A stretch of DNA of 64,000 nucleotides from Lytechinus pictus. Taxonomy: Eukaryota. The notes under the pieces were generated by a model. The model was given only the letters and a program-made list of their open reading frames with translations, made no database searches and was not told the origin of the DNA. The position numbers and the translations under genes are program-made. This document shows positions 51,901-64,000 of this stretch, piece after piece (the stretch's first letter is position 1; every line of letters begins with the position of its first letter). The DNA lies in contig NC_087252.1 of NCBI RefSeq assembly GCF_037042905.1, positions 7,566,001-7,630,000 of the forward strand, written 5' to 3'.

Positions 51901-53870
51901 GGACACTGGCATGCTGTCGTCAATGGCCTATGCTCCAGTACGAGTGACGGGCCATGAGTACAGTAATTACTATTGTCTGGCAAAGTTACTAACTTACATG
52001 TACATGTATACTTTAAGACAACAGCCCCCCCCCCCATCCATTCTATTAAGGTGAAATATGATTTCAAGATGTGCATGTATGTTAAAAAAAGTCATCATGC
52101 ATAATTTTGTCTAAAATTGTTAACTTCAATAGTTCATTCTTCTTACTCAAGGTCGTCTTACCATATTCAGTATTAACCATTTTTGTTTCATGTCCCGTTT
52201 TCATCACTTAATATTTCGTTTTATGTAGTTCTTTTCTGCTTGTTGAAGAAGTTTAAGATACAAATTGTTTTATCATTTAGGCCTATTATGTTCGGAGTGG
52301 GCAATCCAACCATTCATATGTATCCACTTTTCATTTCATTCTGTAAATGTACCTGATGTACCTTTTGTTTTGTATTTTGCATGTTTTTTTTAATGGAAAA
52401 TGAATACAATACAATACAAAACAACCATATATAGTAAACCATTTCATTCTGTAATTACACTGTATACCTGATGTAATTTTTGTTTGTATTTTGCATGTCT
52501 TTTTTTACAATACAAAACAACCATACATGTATATAGTAAACCATTTGAGTATTAACTGTCACTCTACAGTATTTACCAATGCATGATCTGTCATAATAGA
52601 AATTCTATCGGGAATTTCATGTAGATACCATTTTCTTTCTTCTTCTGTTCTATATTTTTTACTCGGGTTTTTCAATAAACCGAAGATATGGAGTAAGGAG
52701 CGCTTATCAATGCTTTCGAAAGACACATTAATAAACCAATTAACTGACACCCACATCCATGAAAGGAAAACAAAAGCATGAGTACTAACTGTTAAATCTA
52801 ACTGTTACATTTGCTGGTCCGGACAAGCTCTTACTATTAATTACCTGTCCTGGACAAACTCCTACGTAAACCTCCTGAATCCTGTTCTCCATTCAGACAC
52901 TCATGAACTGGAAAACAAGCCACACCGTGTCAAATCGTTTAAAGCACAGTTTATTTTATTACAAATATACACATGACGATTCCGATTCACAAGTCCGTTG
53001 TTCACATAGCGATATATCCTTTTTCTAGTCTGTACTCCAGACTTACGTGCATTATTATCTCGTCACACTAACAAACGATGTTTATAAATTAAACAAAATA
53101 CTCAAAAAGATTTTAATACTCCACAACGTCTTTCCTCGGTGAATCTATATCTCACACACAGTGCAATTAATAGCAAAATCAAATACGAGAGCTGTACAGG
53201 GGAAGGTGGAATCCCCCTCGCTTAGCCTGGTGGAAATCATCGGATATCGATGGATAGCGCCACCTCCACACTAAACTCAACCAACCAACCAATCAGCGAT
53301 TTACATGGTACAACTGGAAATTTGTGGCGTGAAACGATCATAACTGAGATTATAGCGCACTACATGTAGCTTTTTTTCTGGAGATACCAATCTATTATCT
53401 TTTTAAATATACTGTGCCGTGGCCGAGTGGTCTAAGGTGCTGGGTTGGAGATCCGAGGATCGGGGATTCGATTGTCGGATCGGCACCTATGCCCTTGAGC
53501 AAGGCATTTTATCTACATTGCTGTTTTATCATACATCAAATAAATGAAAAATGCTATATGCATTATGAATACCAATGTGTGGTCTTGTTAAAAAAATAAA
53601 AAATAAATATGAATTCATGTCAGATACAGTCAAGAGTTGAGCATAATCACCATGGTAAATTGAACTCAGCATTGAAAGTCCAGGGCCAGTGTGTGGAGCA
53701 GGGAATGCTCGGAGAGGTTGATCTACGGCAAACTCAGGCTGATGTTGTGAGGTTGGGTGGTATGGTAGATCCATGGGGTAGGGAGTAACATGTTGCTGAT
53801 GTTGTTGGGAATGTCTTTCTTGTTGGTTTCTTTCTGGGCAGTAGAAACCCGGTGGGTAATTACCGTCCAT
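45948..53870 (-). CDS. PR/SET-domain C2H2 zinc-finger protein (PRDM-like), tandem copy 4, ~742 aa, 5 coding exons
   Basis: Inferred exons 53870-53651, 51632-51474, 51217-50871, 47859-47619 and 47209-45948. 2229 nt in frame. PR motifs GSEFGPYTG, TWMSHVRCAQSEEEQNMEAYQ and IYFRNTRVIEPGSELKVFY. 12 C2H2 fingers. Confidence 0.9.
48043..50097. mobile_element. MITE (cccatattctaaagtcgggtttaac ... gttaaacccgactacagaatacgggcc) interrupted by a nested 1.7-kb element at 48209-49941
   Basis: Outer inverted ends as named. Inner TIRs aagcccgagtc..tcgatt..tt.aaaatcggtgttcga / tcgaacaccgattttaaaatcgattcgactcaggctt. Confidence 0.7.
50662..50797. mobile_element. Short MITE (Harbinger-like)
   Basis: Ends ctggggcccgtaacacaaag / ctttgtgtttcaggacccag. 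Confidence 0.6.
51785..51960 (+). mobile_element. RTE-clade LINE 3' fragment
   Basis: Plus-strand translation WNPQG/RPRNWRRDLDANIKELGMGWQTVVNAARDRGHWHAVVNGLCS resembles the RTE ORF C-terminal pattern (RPxxxW...W...A.DR..W). Confidence 0.7.
53414..53525 (+). mobile_element. Degenerate tRNA-derived SINE head
   Basis: GTGGCCGAGTGG A box, GATTCGATT B-box remnant, then TGCCCTTGAGCAAGGCA. Confidence 0.6.
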
Positions 53871-54531
53871 GGTTCAAGAAGCTGTGTGTGGGATGAAAGA
53901 GATGAACATTTACTACATAGGCCTACAGATTAAAAACCGCTTATCAAAAAAGCAGCTCAGTGAATCACAGTTTTTATAGACAATAAAAATTCAAAATTCA
54001 ATTGGGCATTTATTGCATAAAGAAACCACGAAATGCTAGAAAAGAATTTGTGTACACCCAAGTCACTGACATCCACAAATTCGCTGAAGTGTCAATTCCT
54101 CAAATTGCAGTATCTTTGCCTGTGATCACATGTGCCTAGACAACAATCCTATATCAGGTAATGGACACCTAGCAACTGGAAGCTGGAATTTCCCTCTCAA
54201 TTTTTCCATAAAATTTGATGAAATCAAATACCATAACAAAAATAGGAGCAAATCTAAGTATCTAGAGATCTACATGTACAATATGTGTGTTGGTTGAAAG
54301 GAGAATCCTCTAGAATTAGCTTCATCTCTATGTTCAACATCTGTTCAGTTCAGTTTGGTATATTCTTCACTTCAGTTGCAATAGATACTTTCAGTCACTG
54401 TCCCACTTCTCTGGTCATCTTCATTTCTTTCCTATTCAGATGCGCTCATTTATTTCATCCTCACATCTGGTTCTTTTGTTAATATTCTTCATTACAATCG
54501 CGGAAGTTTACAGTACACCATGTGTAAAGTC

Positions 54532-57500
54532 CTGGGCCCTGTCTTACAAAGAGATGCGATTGATCCGATCAATCGTAACTATGGACGGCAAGCAATCATG
54601 TCAACATGTATGGTTGTTCAAAATATTTTCTAGCTATGATATACAAGGCTCGACATTAGCGGTGGCCCGGTGGCCCGGGGCCACCAGAAATTCACCTCGG
54701 GCAACCATTATTGATAAAATGTTAAGTTTTGGTGGCCCGAATCGGGCAACCAATAATTTTCAAAGTAGCGCAATTTTTCTCCCGATTTTGCACGCATTTA
54801 TCAACTTTCTACAGTTCAAATTGCAACCCAGTTCGTCATGCGCCCTTTTTGTTGATCTACACACAAATACACACACACAAAGTTTGCATATTAGGCCTAC
54901 AGCTATAGCATAGAGTAGCTATTATCCAGCCAGCCGCGCCGGCCGGCTGGCGTGAGCTTTGCATGAAGCCACTGCATACAGCTGTGCTCTAGATCTAACT
55001 CAGCCTATTCATACTCCAGGAGCTGCGATAAAAAATGTTGCTGCTATGCTAAGAAATCTTCCACAGAACTTTGAAAATCTGAGTCAAAGTCACATTTTAC
55101 ACAAATGAAATGACATTCTACAGTCTATATTACGAAAATTTGGTGTACCCTGATTATTTGCAAGCATTGAGAAGAGGAATTATGACCTCTCCTTTGACTA
55201 CAAAAGACCGATTTCCAAATGAATTAATACACATAAAAACACATAGGGGCATTTTCACGGTAACTGACATTACACGGCACAATGTTTTCACACCTTTCAT
55301 TGTGTGTATCTCTAAAACAACAAATGATGGGAGTTTGCTTTTGATAGAGTTAATAAAGTGAACCTTGCTGTATAACCTGATACTAAGTTTTCCTATGTAA
55401 CCACATTTTTTTACGCATCAGCAAGCAAAAATGTGTCGGTAACTGACATTACGCAAAAGGACATGCAATTTCAGGGTGTTCATTAAAATTGAAATATCTC
55501 ATGTCCCTGAGTAGATAGAGTAATAATTTGAATATGTAAATATACCTCTGTTACTAGGTTAAGATGTGTCAAAATATTAAACAATTCGTTTTTGTCTTTT
55601 GGGGGCTATGATAATTTTTCCACAACCATGCTGGTAACTGACATTACGGTAACTGACATTACACTTAATTTGCCATAGAGATAACACATGGAAGTCAAAT
55701 GTGTGGAATCATTGCATTGTATCTTCTGTGCAGAGCTTCACATGAAAGTGAGCTTGATGTGGAAGTATACCCGAGTTTCTAGGAACATTTCAATGAAAAA
55801 ACTTTTTCTTTTTCTTAATTCCTTTCTTTGATTTGAAGATTTTTATCATTACTTGTCGGTAACTGACAATACACATTAACATTTACCAGTGCTATATGAT
55901 TTTCAAAGGCATAATTTTCTTGGTACTTATATGTAAGGCTTTTTAAAATCATAAAAGTTTCATAATACTTCACATTTTTAATTATCAAAAGATAAGAAAT
56001 GTATGTTTTACTTCCTCGGGAGGAGGGGGGTCATAGCAGCTACATGTTTTCCTATAGTAATTTAATATTGCATTGACTGTACACATATTTTTCTGACTAT
56101 ACACCCATAATATATTCATCAGTTTTATATTGACTTTTTAAACCTTTTCCTTCTCCAACCTCCCCCTCCCCTCAAAAAAGGCAAAATGAATAAGGGTCTC
56201 CTCCCCTAGGCTACATGTACCCCTCCCCTGAATCTCATGCAGCCATGTAGTTTTATTGATTTCTATTCTGGTCAGTGCAAGCGATGCTTGTTCATATCTG
56301 TCGGATTTCAATTCTCTTCATAATTTGTTTTTAAAATCATTTTCTTTGCTAATTTCTTTTTTAAGCTGTCAACAAAAAATAAACTCCAGCTTCTAAACTG
56401 AAACTGAACTATTTGTAAATTAGAAAAAAAAACACAGTTTTAGTAGATCCATGCAACATTGATCAGAACTGTCAAATTTCACTTTTCACCTATACTTGTA
56501 AACCAAAAACAAAATTGTATCACACATCCACACTACTAACAGGTATAAAAACCAGGAATTTACTTTTAGCGAGGCAATGCTCAAAAGAATCCTAGAAACT
56601 AAAAAAGGGACCCTGGAAATCCCCTTCATCACAATGTTAAGCTTAAAAAATGTTGCAGATTTAGGCAATAGGTTGGGAAAAGTACCCCCTACCCCCCCCC
56701 CCCCCCCCCGAAAACCAAACAAAAAATTGTCTGATACAATTAGGTACTTGGTAAGTGCATGTACAAAACAATTTCATAGTAATTTCTTTTTGCCTGATGG
56801 GAATGCAACTTCCTTCATAATTTCATATAGTATTCCTTGTGAACTATACCTTTTAAAAGTCAATAGCAAGCTCCTTCTGGTGTGACTTTTAAAGTGAAAG
56901 ACTTAAATAACAAGTATACAATATTTCTTCACCATAAAATTGACCACATATTTGCATTTCAATATTGGTAACCAACGTTTTATCATGGTAACTGACATTA
57001 CATCTCGGTAACTGACATTACATTTTCCACTTGGTAACTGACATTACATATATTTAATGGTACCCTATGGCTTCATTGTTAATTGGTAATCTTTTAATAA
57101 TTTTGGTGTAGAAGGGAGGGGTGTTACCTAGAGAAGTTTCATTTAATATATCCTCTTTTCCAGGAAATTAGAAAAAAAAATTCATGTTTTCGGTAACTGA
57201 CATTACATACCATATCACATACTTCATCAATGTTTTTTTATCAGATGAATGAATTACTGGTGTTCCTTTCTGTGGGATTTTAAAAAGTGTTATAATAGCA
57301 AGCTAAATCACAGGCGAAAACATCATGATCAAACCTGTTCTTTAAAAATCTGTGAAAACAAAATATGTATCAATATACTATTTTCAACACTAATTTGTAT
57401 CCATACTTTGGCAGCCATTTTGAAATAAAAAATGGCTGCCAGAGTCTGAAATTTTTTTGTCTCGGAAACTTCAGGTCTTGTTTTATTAAAAAACATAAAG

Positions 57501-59061
57501 CATTTGACATGAATATCAACTTGATTTTTTTGCCTCTGTGTCCATCTGTGGTGAAAATGCCCATAGGCAAGTACATCATAGTCCCACTGTGCATTTGTAT
57601 GTATGTTGATACTTGGTTTCTTTCGAAGCTGTGTCTTTTCTAGCCAAAAATAAACAGACAATTTCTTTCTTTCTTGTTTATAAATGACTTCTTAAACCAC
57701 TCTTGAGAAAGTAAATACTTTGGGAAGGCATTTCATTGATATGAAATGTGAATTTTTCCAACATTTTGGCAAATATAGGGAAGGACTTTTCTCACACTTT
57801 TTTTCCAGATATAACTTTTGTCGTTTTCTTCTTATTTTGTTTTCTTTCATATTTTTACAGTGGTTAAACCATTTATACCCCTTCCCATTGAATATGCCTG
57901 ATTAAAAAATATGTTTCTACTGAAATAACACAAACTAAAGGATATAAAAATAGAAATGTGCCATTCTCAGAAGGTAAGTGAAAATTATTTGCTTGGCTTT
58001 TAATTATATTCCAGTCAGAATAGACTGTTGCCACAGCTGTTAAAAATATTCGTAATGGCTCCTTAATTTTCCCCTTTTCCCCATGTTTATATTAATTTTG
58101 TTTTATTCATTTTTCTTTCACTTTTTCTTTTTTTTCTCTCTAAATTTTTTCTTTTCTTTTTTTCCCTGTTCTTTGTTTTTTCTTTCTTCATTTTCTTTTT
58201 GTTTTATTTCACTTATTTCTTTTATCATTTTTGTTTTCTTTTTGTAATATACTTTTTGAAAATTATTTTTATTTGTTTCCCCCTTTTATGCATTGTTCTA
58301 ATTTTGCAGCATATTTTCCTGTGATTTTCTCCTGCTATAATATGCTGCAAAGAGAAAACAGAAATAAACTGGATTTGGGGCCTGCATATAATCTAGGTTT
58401 TAGGATTAAAAGAGGAAGAAATGAAAAACCATTGTTTTGTACATCTATCTGAGTTTGCTATGCACTATTTATTTACTTTACCATGAGTGTGTCTATACGG
58501 AGATTTAAAAAAAAAGTCAACACAACCTGCGAACAATAAAATTCATTTATTCTCTTTCAATCATTTCATTTTTACAACGATAGAAACAATTTATATTTTA
58601 CCACAAGCCAATTAGCAAAGTAAAATAACAGCAAACAAGGTTTACATACAAGATGATAAAGTGAAAGTAACTTAGTGGTATTGGCTGCAGAATTAATATT
58701 TCAGAAGTTTGTTTTAGTAATTTTTAATGTGTTTCTTTATATTTTTTTCGGGCCACCAAACTTTAATATCGGGCCACCAAAAAAAATTATTTGATGGTTT
58801 TGGTGGCCCGAACGGGCCACCACCAAAAAAGTTAATGTGGAGCCTTGTGATATATATATGCATGTTTGTTCAAAATATTTTCTAGCTGTGATATACATGT
58901 ATATCCATGCATTACTTGTTTTCTTAAAAATCCACTGTGCTTCTCTTTGTTTACAGAGGACACTGTGCAAATTTCTTGTAGAAAAATTTATGACACTGAT
59001 GGATTTCTATGGAGTTACGATTGATTGGATAAATCGTAACTCTTTGTAAGACGGGGCCCTG
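54532..59061. mobile_element. Harbinger-like MITE split by a 4.2-kb P-like element (54644-58847)
   Basis: Outer ends ctgggccctgtcttacaaagag / ctctttgtaagacggggccctgg, with a related copy at ~4087-4355. Inner TIRs CAAGGCTCGACATTA / TAATGTGGAGCCTTG, with a 7-bp TSD TGATATA. Confidence 0.75.
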
Positions 59062-59898
59062 GAAAGGACTGAGATAAAAGTGGATAGAGGTAAAGATGAA
59101 ATGGAGAGGCCAGAAAGTGAAGGTTAGGAACTAGAGTATCTCTTGGAATTGAGTGCAGTCCTTAAAAGGACTGTAAACCAGAGTAGAAAGCCTGAGTAGT
59201 AGGCAGGATGAAAAGCTTGAACAGAAGGCTGGTTGAGCTGGAGAGGTGACACAGGCTTGAGTAGATGAGAGGAATGGCTTGAATCAGCAAATGCCATTGT
59301 CGAGCAGGAGCGGGATAGAAGATTGAAGTTGAGACATAGATCCCATTAATTAACATTTAGACACAGATACCCCCTCCACACAAAACTTTTGATGTTACAT
59401 CAAATTTGAATCACACATCTCTGTCGTCTCTAGTACCTTTATCAGCTCAAATCTAATTGCTTTTTGAAAATTCAATTTTAATTTGTGATTGCACAAAAAG
59501 ATGTGATGGAGCAAATCAAAATCATTCTTTTCACGCAGGAGTTTAAAAAAAAGATAATTCTTGGAGACAAAAAGTATTATATACTTCCCTTGGTAGAATC
59601 AGATTTGAATGCAAATGATTTAGCCACAAACATAAAAATTGCAAAACAGAGAAGAAGATATTCCTTCCCTCATATTATGTTGAAACTCTAGCTTTCAGAA
59701 GGGTATTTCATCAAATCTCTAGTAACTTCATCTGCTCAATTCAATTGATATTTCTAAGATTAACTTGATTTACTTATGGAGTGCGAAAATCAGAAGTTTC
59801 CTCTGCAATTTATTGAAATTTGAAAAAAAAAAACCCAGGAAGATATTTCTTGGACTCACATGAAATACTTCATGTTGTATGATTAAGAAACCTAGTGA

Positions 59899-60989
59899 CA
59901 GTCAGACCGCAGGTCCCTATGCTAATGAGCAAAAAGGCCAGATTCATCCAAATCATCTCGTGGCTGAATCCTCCTCCTTGCAAAATCTCGTGATTTGTGA
60001 GATTTTCTTTCTCTAAGAATTTATGTTTTAACCTCAAGTTAAATGAAATATTATTGCACCATCAGATAGAGTAAAAGTTACTCTTTCATATTGGTCATTT
60101 ATTTTGTATACAATATTTTGTTAAATAAGTAAATTTCTGGCCTGAAAATGTGCTTCAAAACTGAATTTTCTTCCTCTGTTTTCTTTTGCAAATTGTGCAA
60201 AACTTTTTATTTTGAGCCTCAATGATATCTATATCACCATAGAGCTGAACTTCTGTACTTTCTCACAATGCCACTCTTGATATGCGGCACCTTTTAATCG
60301 GGTCAAGATCACACTTTTCCCACCAAGGTACAAGACGAGATTTCAGAAATTTTGTACTTGCATGAAATCCAGAGTTCTGATTGGCTGGATAAGGTTCACA
60401 GAACAACAGGCGCGCCTGGCGCGGGGTATTTGAGGAGATTACCACATGGGAAGTGTGACCTTCCCACAAACCCAGGCACTGGAACCGTTGGAATTTGCCA
60501 TTGTGTGGTCTTTTTGACCAATCAGAGTGCAGTATTCTTGTTTTCAAGCTGCTTTATGTACTTGGCAAATGAAAAGTGTGATCTTGACCCGATTAAACCA
60601 ATTCTTATTTTGAAACCTATATCATTTCAAAGCATACATATTCAGCTTTATCATGATATAAAAATCATTTGGGCTCAAACAAAAATAAAGTGTGAAAATA
60701 GCAGCTTTTGTCAGGTGAAAATATTTATTTTGTAGCATATTTTAGATCAAAATTTTAACCTATATTACAAAATCTTTGAATAAATCCAAACACATGACCT
60801 AAAAGAATGATTCTTCTTCTTTACAATGGTACCAAATTCATGAAATTCGATGCACAATTAGAGCAGCAATGACCGAATGAAAAGATGTGTTTTGGTCCGC
60901 ATCAAGCTCATTAAATATGCAAAACATCTCAAGTCATGAATATCACTTGGATGAAAGAAGCCACTTTCTTGGGACCTGCAGTCTGACTG
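59899..60989. mobile_element. Non-autonomous DNA transposon with 4-bp TSD, containing an inner inverted-repeat unit (60294-60596)
   Basis: TIRs CAGTCAGACCGCAGGTCCC / GGGACCTGCAGTCTGACTG, with GTGA on both sides. Inner perfect inverted repeat ttaatcgggtcaagatcacacttttc. Confidence 0.75.
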
Positions 60990-61889
60990 GTGACATGAGC
61001 ATATTTCAAATGAAGGGTGCAGGGATATGACATGAAGTTTTATTGAATATTGTAGAAGACTTGTACTTTTTTTTAATGTACATACAATATGAATACCCAG
61101 TTGTTGTGTGTCCGGACAATCAATTTTTAACAGCCATTTGTTAAAAAATTAACAAGCAAAGTTTCATCAGTTTCTAGAATAAAAAGTTAAAATTTTATTT
61201 TAGTGTAATCCAACAAAAAAAAGGCTTCCAAATGTTATTTTAAAGTGTCCGGACACCCATCTCCCATCATACAGCACAAATGTCTGTCTTTTTTACCTGC
61301 TTGCCCCAAAATATGGTTGTCTAGCAATGAGTTGAAACTTGAAAAGCAAAAGAAGCAGGTATGAAAGCACATAAGTTTAATGACTACAGGACCCAGGAAC
61401 AATTGTATTTTTCCAGTAGTTGTGGTATAATTATAAAGGTATAAATGCGATCAATTTGAAAGAAAAAAAAAGAATTCACATAGGGCCTAGGCCTACCGTA
61501 CTTTGGCTGAATTCTTCTTCAATTTCATGTAGATCTAGATCTATAGTTTTATTTTGCTGGCAAGAAAGACACCAGTCTGAGATCTATACTAGTATAGTCT
61601 ATAGACGAGGGAGGAAAAAAGGTAGAGAAAGGGTTTGAGAAATTAAAGAGAAATGAAGCAATGCCAATGGCAATGGAAACAAAATTAATTTATCAATATC
61701 ATGTTGAATGAAATGAGCTGAGACGAGAGAGATGTTTATTCTTAAATTTTGAGGAAAAGAAAGAGGCAAAACAAAGAAAAAGCCATCAAGCGATCTTCGT
61801 TCCCCCCCCCCCCCAAGAAGGAGAGTATGCATGAAATGGGACCAGAAAAATGGGCAGAAGCACAGAATTTTTGAAGATCTCAGTCCAAC

Positions 61890-62240
61890 AACTTTTCACA
61901 CTGCACCGTGCAGCGCACGTCTGGCATGCAGTCACACAGCCTCAGTCACTCGTCATTTCGCGGATGCACAGCACAGGCGACGCAGCTCGCAGTCCATGAA
62001 CGACACACAGTCACTCACAAGCAAAAACGCACAACAAAAGAAACTTCAAAATAATATGAAAAGTAACTTATTACATGTTCATGCCCTAACAAACTTTATA
62101 AGAATCAATACAAGTATATATTAAGTGCATCGTACCTACTCAACTTACGTTCTTTCGACAGTTAATCCTGAAAAATTAACTCTAAAAATCAGGAGCGAAG
62201 TCGTTCGTTGGCGAAGTCATTTCCCAAGCATGGTCTTTGT
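61890..62240 (-). promoter_or_regulatory. Possible promoter / 5' UTR exon of copy 4 (donor at 62149/62148)
   Basis: CpG-enriched patch with gcaaaaacgc similar to the copy-1 block. Strong minus-strand donor GAAC|GTAAGT. Confidence 0.3.
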
Positions 62241-63108
62241 AATGGTACAAAGAAAAAACAAAATAATGATTTTTGTTTTGTTTTGCTGCTTTTCTTTTGA
62301 TATCTCGATTCAATTGGCCTTTGAAAATTTACAAAACACACACAAGAAGCTGATCAATGGCGAAATGGAATAAAATAATTAACTATCAACTCAAGCCTAT
62401 GTCCCATATGCACACATTATGTAAGTCCCTGTAAGTCATATAATCTCGCGCTGAAAATCCATTAAAAAAAATTAAATGAATCAGGTGAAAGTTGATTATG
62501 TGCAATAATGGTCAAACTTTTGCCAGGGTACCAATCCATGAGAACTGAAGTAAGCCTGAAAAATTGTAGGGTGTTTGTATATTTATATACGAGTTGTTCA
62601 ATAAATATATGGGTATTTCTTCAACTTAATTAAGTTATTTTTCATCATCATCATCACCACAATCATCATCAACATCATCATCATCATCACCATCATGACA
62701 CCACTATCACCATCATATTATCACTGTTAACTTCTTCAGGTGACTCTTCGCAAGTCATATCTCTGGGGCCAAAGTAATCTGTTCAACTGAGATTTTAATT
62801 GTTTTTTTTTATCCTGGTCTGAAATAATGCTTGGAGTTATAGGCGTTTGGCAACTGTATCATCTACTATAATTACTACAGCTACTACTACTATAACAAAT
62901 TTTTAGTACTACTGCTCTTTTCTTCCCAACCCCTTTCTCTATCTTTCTCTTGTTCTACATATTTATCAGCCTCTCTTCCTTTGATCTTTGTCCTCATCTC
63001 TCTCTCATCTCCCACTCTCCTCTCTGAACTCCCTCTCTTCAACCTCTTTCTATAATCGCCATATCTTTCTATCTCACTTTATTCTTTCACTCTTTCATTC
63101 CTTTAAGG

Positions 63109-63333
63109 CAAGGCTCCACACAAACATTTTTTCTTGGTGGCCGAAATGGTCCACCAAAATTATCAATTTCACATTCTTGGTGGCCCGCAAGGCAAATTTG
63201 GTGGCCTTAAAACAATAGTAAATATCAAAACTTTGGTTGCCCAACTGGACCACCAAGTGTGGGCTTTTGCAGAATTTTGGTGGCCCTACTCTCATTTTTG
63301 GTTGCCCCGAGCCACTGCTAATGTCGAGCCCTG
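63109..63333. mobile_element. Short, inverted deletion-derivative of the 54644-58847 element family
   Basis: Ends CAAGGCTCCACA / TAATGTCGAGCCCTG, with ggtggccc subterminal repeats. Confidence 0.65.
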
Positions 63334-63565
63334 GCCTGCTTTCACGTTCCTCCTTTTCTCCTGGCTCATCATCTCTTGTCGAAGCTCCAAGGACATGAGA
63401 AAATATGCAAATTTTCACAAAAATAAATGATCTGTAACAAAATTTGCTTTCTTTATACTACAAAAAACAAAATTCTGACATTCAAATCTACATAATTCTC
63501 ATGGACAAGAGTCTACCATTCAAGTGAACTAATATTCCATAATAAAAAAGCGAAATTTTTGGTTC

Positions 63566-63740
63566 CATGACATTTGCTCTGGCGAAAATTGCTCCGATGC
63601 AAATTCCCCACATGAATGGACTGACCAACTTCAACCAAGGATTTAACACTTTATCCTATCCTAAATCTAACAAACACCCTATTGCGACCCCAACCCTAAT
63701 GCTAAAGCCCGGAGCAATTGTCGCCGGAGGAAATGTCATG
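63566..63740. mobile_element. Small inverted-repeat element; related inverted fragment at ~17435-17530
   Basis: catgacatttgctc.ggcga.aattgctccg / cggagcaattgtcgccggaggaaatgtcatg, with a cctaa-rich core. Confidence 0.55.
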
Positions 63741-64000
63741 TCACCTCAGTTACCCCCTCTCTAGACGGAGGGGTGGCAGTAAGGGTATTTCTTGATTATT
63801 TTACAAGTAACCTGGTTCAACTGTTATCAATTTCATTCAAACCCTAATTTTTCTTGTTCTTTATTATGAACAATGAATATAAATAGATTATGTAGATGAT
63901 ATATACATCACTGTAAAAAGGGAATATAAAATAACATGGCATGAGTTGAAAATTGAAGATGTACAAATGTTAAAAAATACAATGCCTAGACATGTAAATT

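Noticed and set aside
52929..53345. Possible solo LTR
   Set aside because: There is a TG start and a reverse AATAAA, but I could not define a matching CA end or TSD.
5137..53870. Calling the genes PRDM9 (or any specific PRDM ortholog)
   Set aside because: No KRAB/SSXRD is visible and the ZF array is not a homogeneous 84-bp minisatellite. Orthology needs a phylogeny, so gene symbols are left empty.
55255..57210. CRISPR-like array from the repeated GGTAACTGACATTAC
   Set aside because: The repeat is too short, spacing is irregular, the context is eukaryotic and there are no cas genes.

Overview
AT-rich, intron-containing animal genomic DNA. The repeat content suggests a marine invertebrate deuterostome such as a sea urchin; that is inference only. 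The window is organised around a head-to-tail tandem array of four paralogous PR/SET-domain + C2H2 zinc-finger (PRDM-type) genes, all on the minus strand and spaced about 13-14 kb apart. I assembled 5-6 GT-AG coding exons for each gene by hand into uninterrupted frames of about 858, 784, 771 and 742 aa. Each has a Q/P/H-rich N-terminus, a two-exon PR domain, a post-SET finger and 10-11 further fingers in one terminal exon. Copies 1 and 2 are the youngest pair. Introns and spacers contain many non-autonomous DNA transposons (several nested, many with clear TIRs and TSDs), tRNA-derived SINEs, CR1 and RTE LINE ends, a Helentron-like tandem-core element and a 1.36 kb higher-order (CTA)n satellite. 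The most notable observations are: a LINE reverse-transcriptase 'GVPQGSxLGP' relic sitting antisense 62-67 nt from the zinc-finger-exon acceptor in all four paralogs; paralog-specific changes in finger number, recognition helices and one PR catalytic tyrosine; a copy-1-specific exon carrying a CTCF-consensus motif; and a near-perfect 183-bp palindrome inside a SINE tail.
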